Source: Heterodontus francisci
Lineage: Eukaryota
DNA: 64,000 nucleotides
Reading direction: 5' to 3'
Assembly (NCBI RefSeq): GCF_036365525.1
Contig: NC_090392.1
Span: forward strand, 57,971,247 to 58,035,246
Positions within the stretch are counted from its first letter, which is position 1. Each line of letters begins with the position of its first letter. Shown piece by piece: positions 61,301 through 64,000 of this stretch. Under the pieces are notes generated by a model. It saw nothing but the letters and a program-made list of their open reading frames with translations, was not told where the DNA came from and made no database searches. A program made the translations under genes and the position numbers.

Positions 61301-64000
61301 CATGGTTGTTTCAAAGTCGGATGGGGAAACAGGTGGCTGTGTGCCCATGTGCACTGCTCTGATGGGTGTAGGAGCAGGTAACTGTGTGTCCATGTGCACT
61401 GCCCTGATGGGTGCAGGAACAGGTGACTGTGTAACTGAGCAGCAATGAGAGGGTACCACAGGTAGGGGAAGTGGAGCTTTGAACAGGCAGGCATATGTAT
61501 GGTCCATCAGATCATTAGGCCAGGGGGTGAGACGCTCAGGATCCAGGGTTTGTGACACGTGACTGATGTCCAGCCTGTGGCCACCTCCATCCGAAGGTGC
61601 TTCCGGGCAACTGTTGGGCATAGTAAATGGCTCCATCTCATCAGCCAGTCCTTGCTGCCAGCGGAGAGTCTGTTGCCGCAGCCAGTCCAATCTCCTCACG
61701 GGAAACATGAGATGAGATAAGAAATACAGAATGTACTCCATTAAAACGTTACAAAAACGAAAGTGACCGTTAAGACGGTAGGTTGCAGCACATGTACTGC
61801 CTGCACACAGCAACTCACAACAGGGACTGGAGAACATGCGGTGGCCCAGACAATGGAAATGTTTTCAAAGCAACTTACAAAGGCAGAGCAACTTACCTTG
61901 GAACAATCTCCTGTGTCAAATAAAAATGAAGCAAGTCTCCAAAACGAATAAATAATTCAGATAAAATGCGAGAAAGTGCCCAACGAAACCTCTCCTCCTT
62001 CCACTTTCAAAAAGTCGCGCTGAAGCTTTGACACATGCGCAGAGGCCAACGTGGCGCGTTGCCCGAGGAAGACGACGTAACGCGATGACGTCATCTACGC
62101 ATGCGCAAAGCGGTCCAGGCAAGACGGACCGCAGCGCATGCGCAGAGGGCATGAGACCGTCTGCGCATGTGCGCACTGCGGCGCATCCTGATGACGTCGG
62201 CGATGACGTAGCGTTGTCATGAATTACTTTGTAAGTTAAAAGCACTGTCTATGGAAGAGTTGAGAAACATGGCTGAGCAGTGTGGGATCACTGAACATGC
62301 TAAGGCTAGTAAGTCTGAACTCCTAAGACTAGTGGCCAACCATTTTTCCCTTGAATCTGAAGAAGCAGAAACAGGGTTAGAAATAGACTCCAACAGGGTA
62401 TTGCTAGCAAAGCTATGATTGGAACAGAGGAAACTTGAATTAGAAGACAGGGAAAGAGAAAGGGAAAGAGAAAGACAGGAGAGAGAAAAAGAGAGACAGG
62501 AGAGAGAGAAAGAACCTTTCAGAAAGAACATGAAGAAAAAGAGAGAGAGGAGAGAGAGAAAGAGAGAGCCTTCCAGAAGGGCTGTGAAGAGAGAGAGCTG
62601 AGGCAGCTTGAGTTGACTAGGGGGTGACAGAGTGACCCCAGTGAAAGCGTGGCCAATATGGAGGATCGTAATTCAGGGCTGGGTAGAGAATTGTTACAAA
62701 ACAAGGCAGTTAAATTGGCCAGCTGAAACTTGGACTCTCCTGTTACAAAACAAGCTAACAGGAAAAGCCCATGAAGTTTATTCCCTGTTGCCAGATGAGA
62801 GTTCATCAAATTATGAACTGACAAAAAATGCTATCTTTGGGGCATATGAGTTAGTACCGGAAGCCTTTTGACAAAAGTTTAGAACCCTCAAGAAGCAAGC
62901 TGATCAAATTTACTTGGAGTTTGAGAGAAATAAGCAGGTGGCTTTTGACCAGTGGCTGAGGGCTCTTAAAGTACAGCTCAGCTATGAAAACCTCAGAAGG
63001 TAATTTTGCTAGAGGAATTTAAAAACTCTCTCCCACTCTCCATAAAGACACATGTAGAGGAAGTTCATAAAGCCTGGCAAGTCACAGTTCTGGCTGATGA
63101 GTTTGCTCTCATCTATAAGTCAGTTTCACAGGGGAAAACCTTTCCTAGTCATCCCCATAAATCTGAAAAGGACAAAGGGTGGGAAGGTGATAGAAGCTCA
63201 AGCAGTCCTGGGAGAGAAAGAAAAGAAGGAGACAGAGGGACCCCTCCTCCAGCCAAAAAAAAATGTGCTGTAAGTAGGAGTGAGACCCGGAGACCTGTGT
63301 GCTTCCATTGTAAAAAGGCAGGACATCTAAGAGCTGACAGCTGGAAACTATGGGGAAAGCCTGTAGGGTTCATCAGGGCACACTCACTCAGTGAAGGAGA
63401 AGGGTCCTGATGGAACGCACAGCTGAACAAGCTATAGCTTTAACTGCAGCAGTAGTAAGTCCCAGAAAACATACTGCTGTAGGTGCAGGAAAATTTAATA
63501 GGATTCCTGAAGGTTAGCAGGATTTTGTGTCTGAAGGGAGAGTAACCCCATACTCCTCGAGTGGGGCAAGCAAGCCCATAGTAATCCTCAGGGACACAGG
63601 GGTCACTTGATCCCTTTTACTGGGAAAAAGCCTGACTTTTCCCCCAGAGAGTGCAGTAAGTACCAGAATGGTGGTGAATGGTATTGGAGGGCAGTGTACG
63701 TCTGTACCTTTACATCAGGTGCACGTGGAGCGCAACCTAGTTTTGGGACCGGTGATTGTAGGGATTGTCCCTAGTTTGCCTGTAGACGGGGTTGACCTGC
63801 TCCTAGGTAATGATCTGGCAGGGGCGAAGGCGGTAGCTTCCCCAGTAGTGAAAGCGGGACCGCAGGAGGTCAGAGAGACACGGCAGTGGCAGGAGATGGT
63901 CCCCTGCAGTTCCTCTGCATGTGTAGTGAATCGGGCCATGATCAAACGAGTTCCCCCAGAGGACACTGAATTGGCACTGCAGGCAGATGACCACGAGATT
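58339..64000 (+). mobile_element. Gypsy LTR retrotransposon (5' LTR 58339-59340, tRNA-Pro-like PBS, SCAN-type gag, protease), decayed, runs off the window
   Basis: TG...CA LTR; PBS-like tgggggttagcgtcc; gag MSTTEV..WDKLK|ALSMEEL; WTLLLQNKLTGKA..LEEFK; Zn knuckle CFHCKKAGH; protease LRDTG. Confidence 0.9.
59543..62231. mobile_element. Unclassified DNA-transposon-like insertion in gag, 7-9 bp TSD
   Basis: TAAGTTAAA at 59534-59542 and 62232-62240; removing it restores the gag frame. 25-bp inverted repeat at 59541-59565 and 60719-60743. Minus-strand ORF 61103..61837 has an AT-hook-like QRGRPKGS. Confidence 0.8.

Overview
Vertebrate genomic DNA, almost certainly a shark (HE1/V-type tRNA SINEs sharing a CR1 3' tail, CR1/L2/RTE/Penelope retroelements, PIF/Harbinger elements, a SCAN-type Gypsy). 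Most of the window is transposon debris, and most ORFs in the track are TE fragments or low-complexity artefacts. The main non-TE content is a minus-strand immunoglobulin-superfamily receptor gene, reconstructed by hand from phase-compatible GT-AG exons: leader (45470-45527), germline-joined VJ-type V (25360-26061), C1-set (23307-23654), C2/I-set (20533-20850), TM (17224-17307), a Cys-rich CxC micro-exon (16118-16142) and a Tyr-motif tail exon (12022-12394). This copy looks damaged: a SINE with a 7-bp TSD sits inside the V exon, and an in-frame TGA precedes the ITSM/ITIM-like motifs. Decayed paralogous V exons lie upstream, two of them made by a local tandem duplication. Also present are a ~7.7 kb inverted duplication (arms 50536-53143 and 55660-58227) whose identity rises toward the spacer, and an unclassified TSD-flanked element with asymmetric inverted repeats and CTCF/YY1/NRF1/CRE-like motifs, inserted in a Gypsy gag. 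All alignments and translations outside the ORF track were done by eye.
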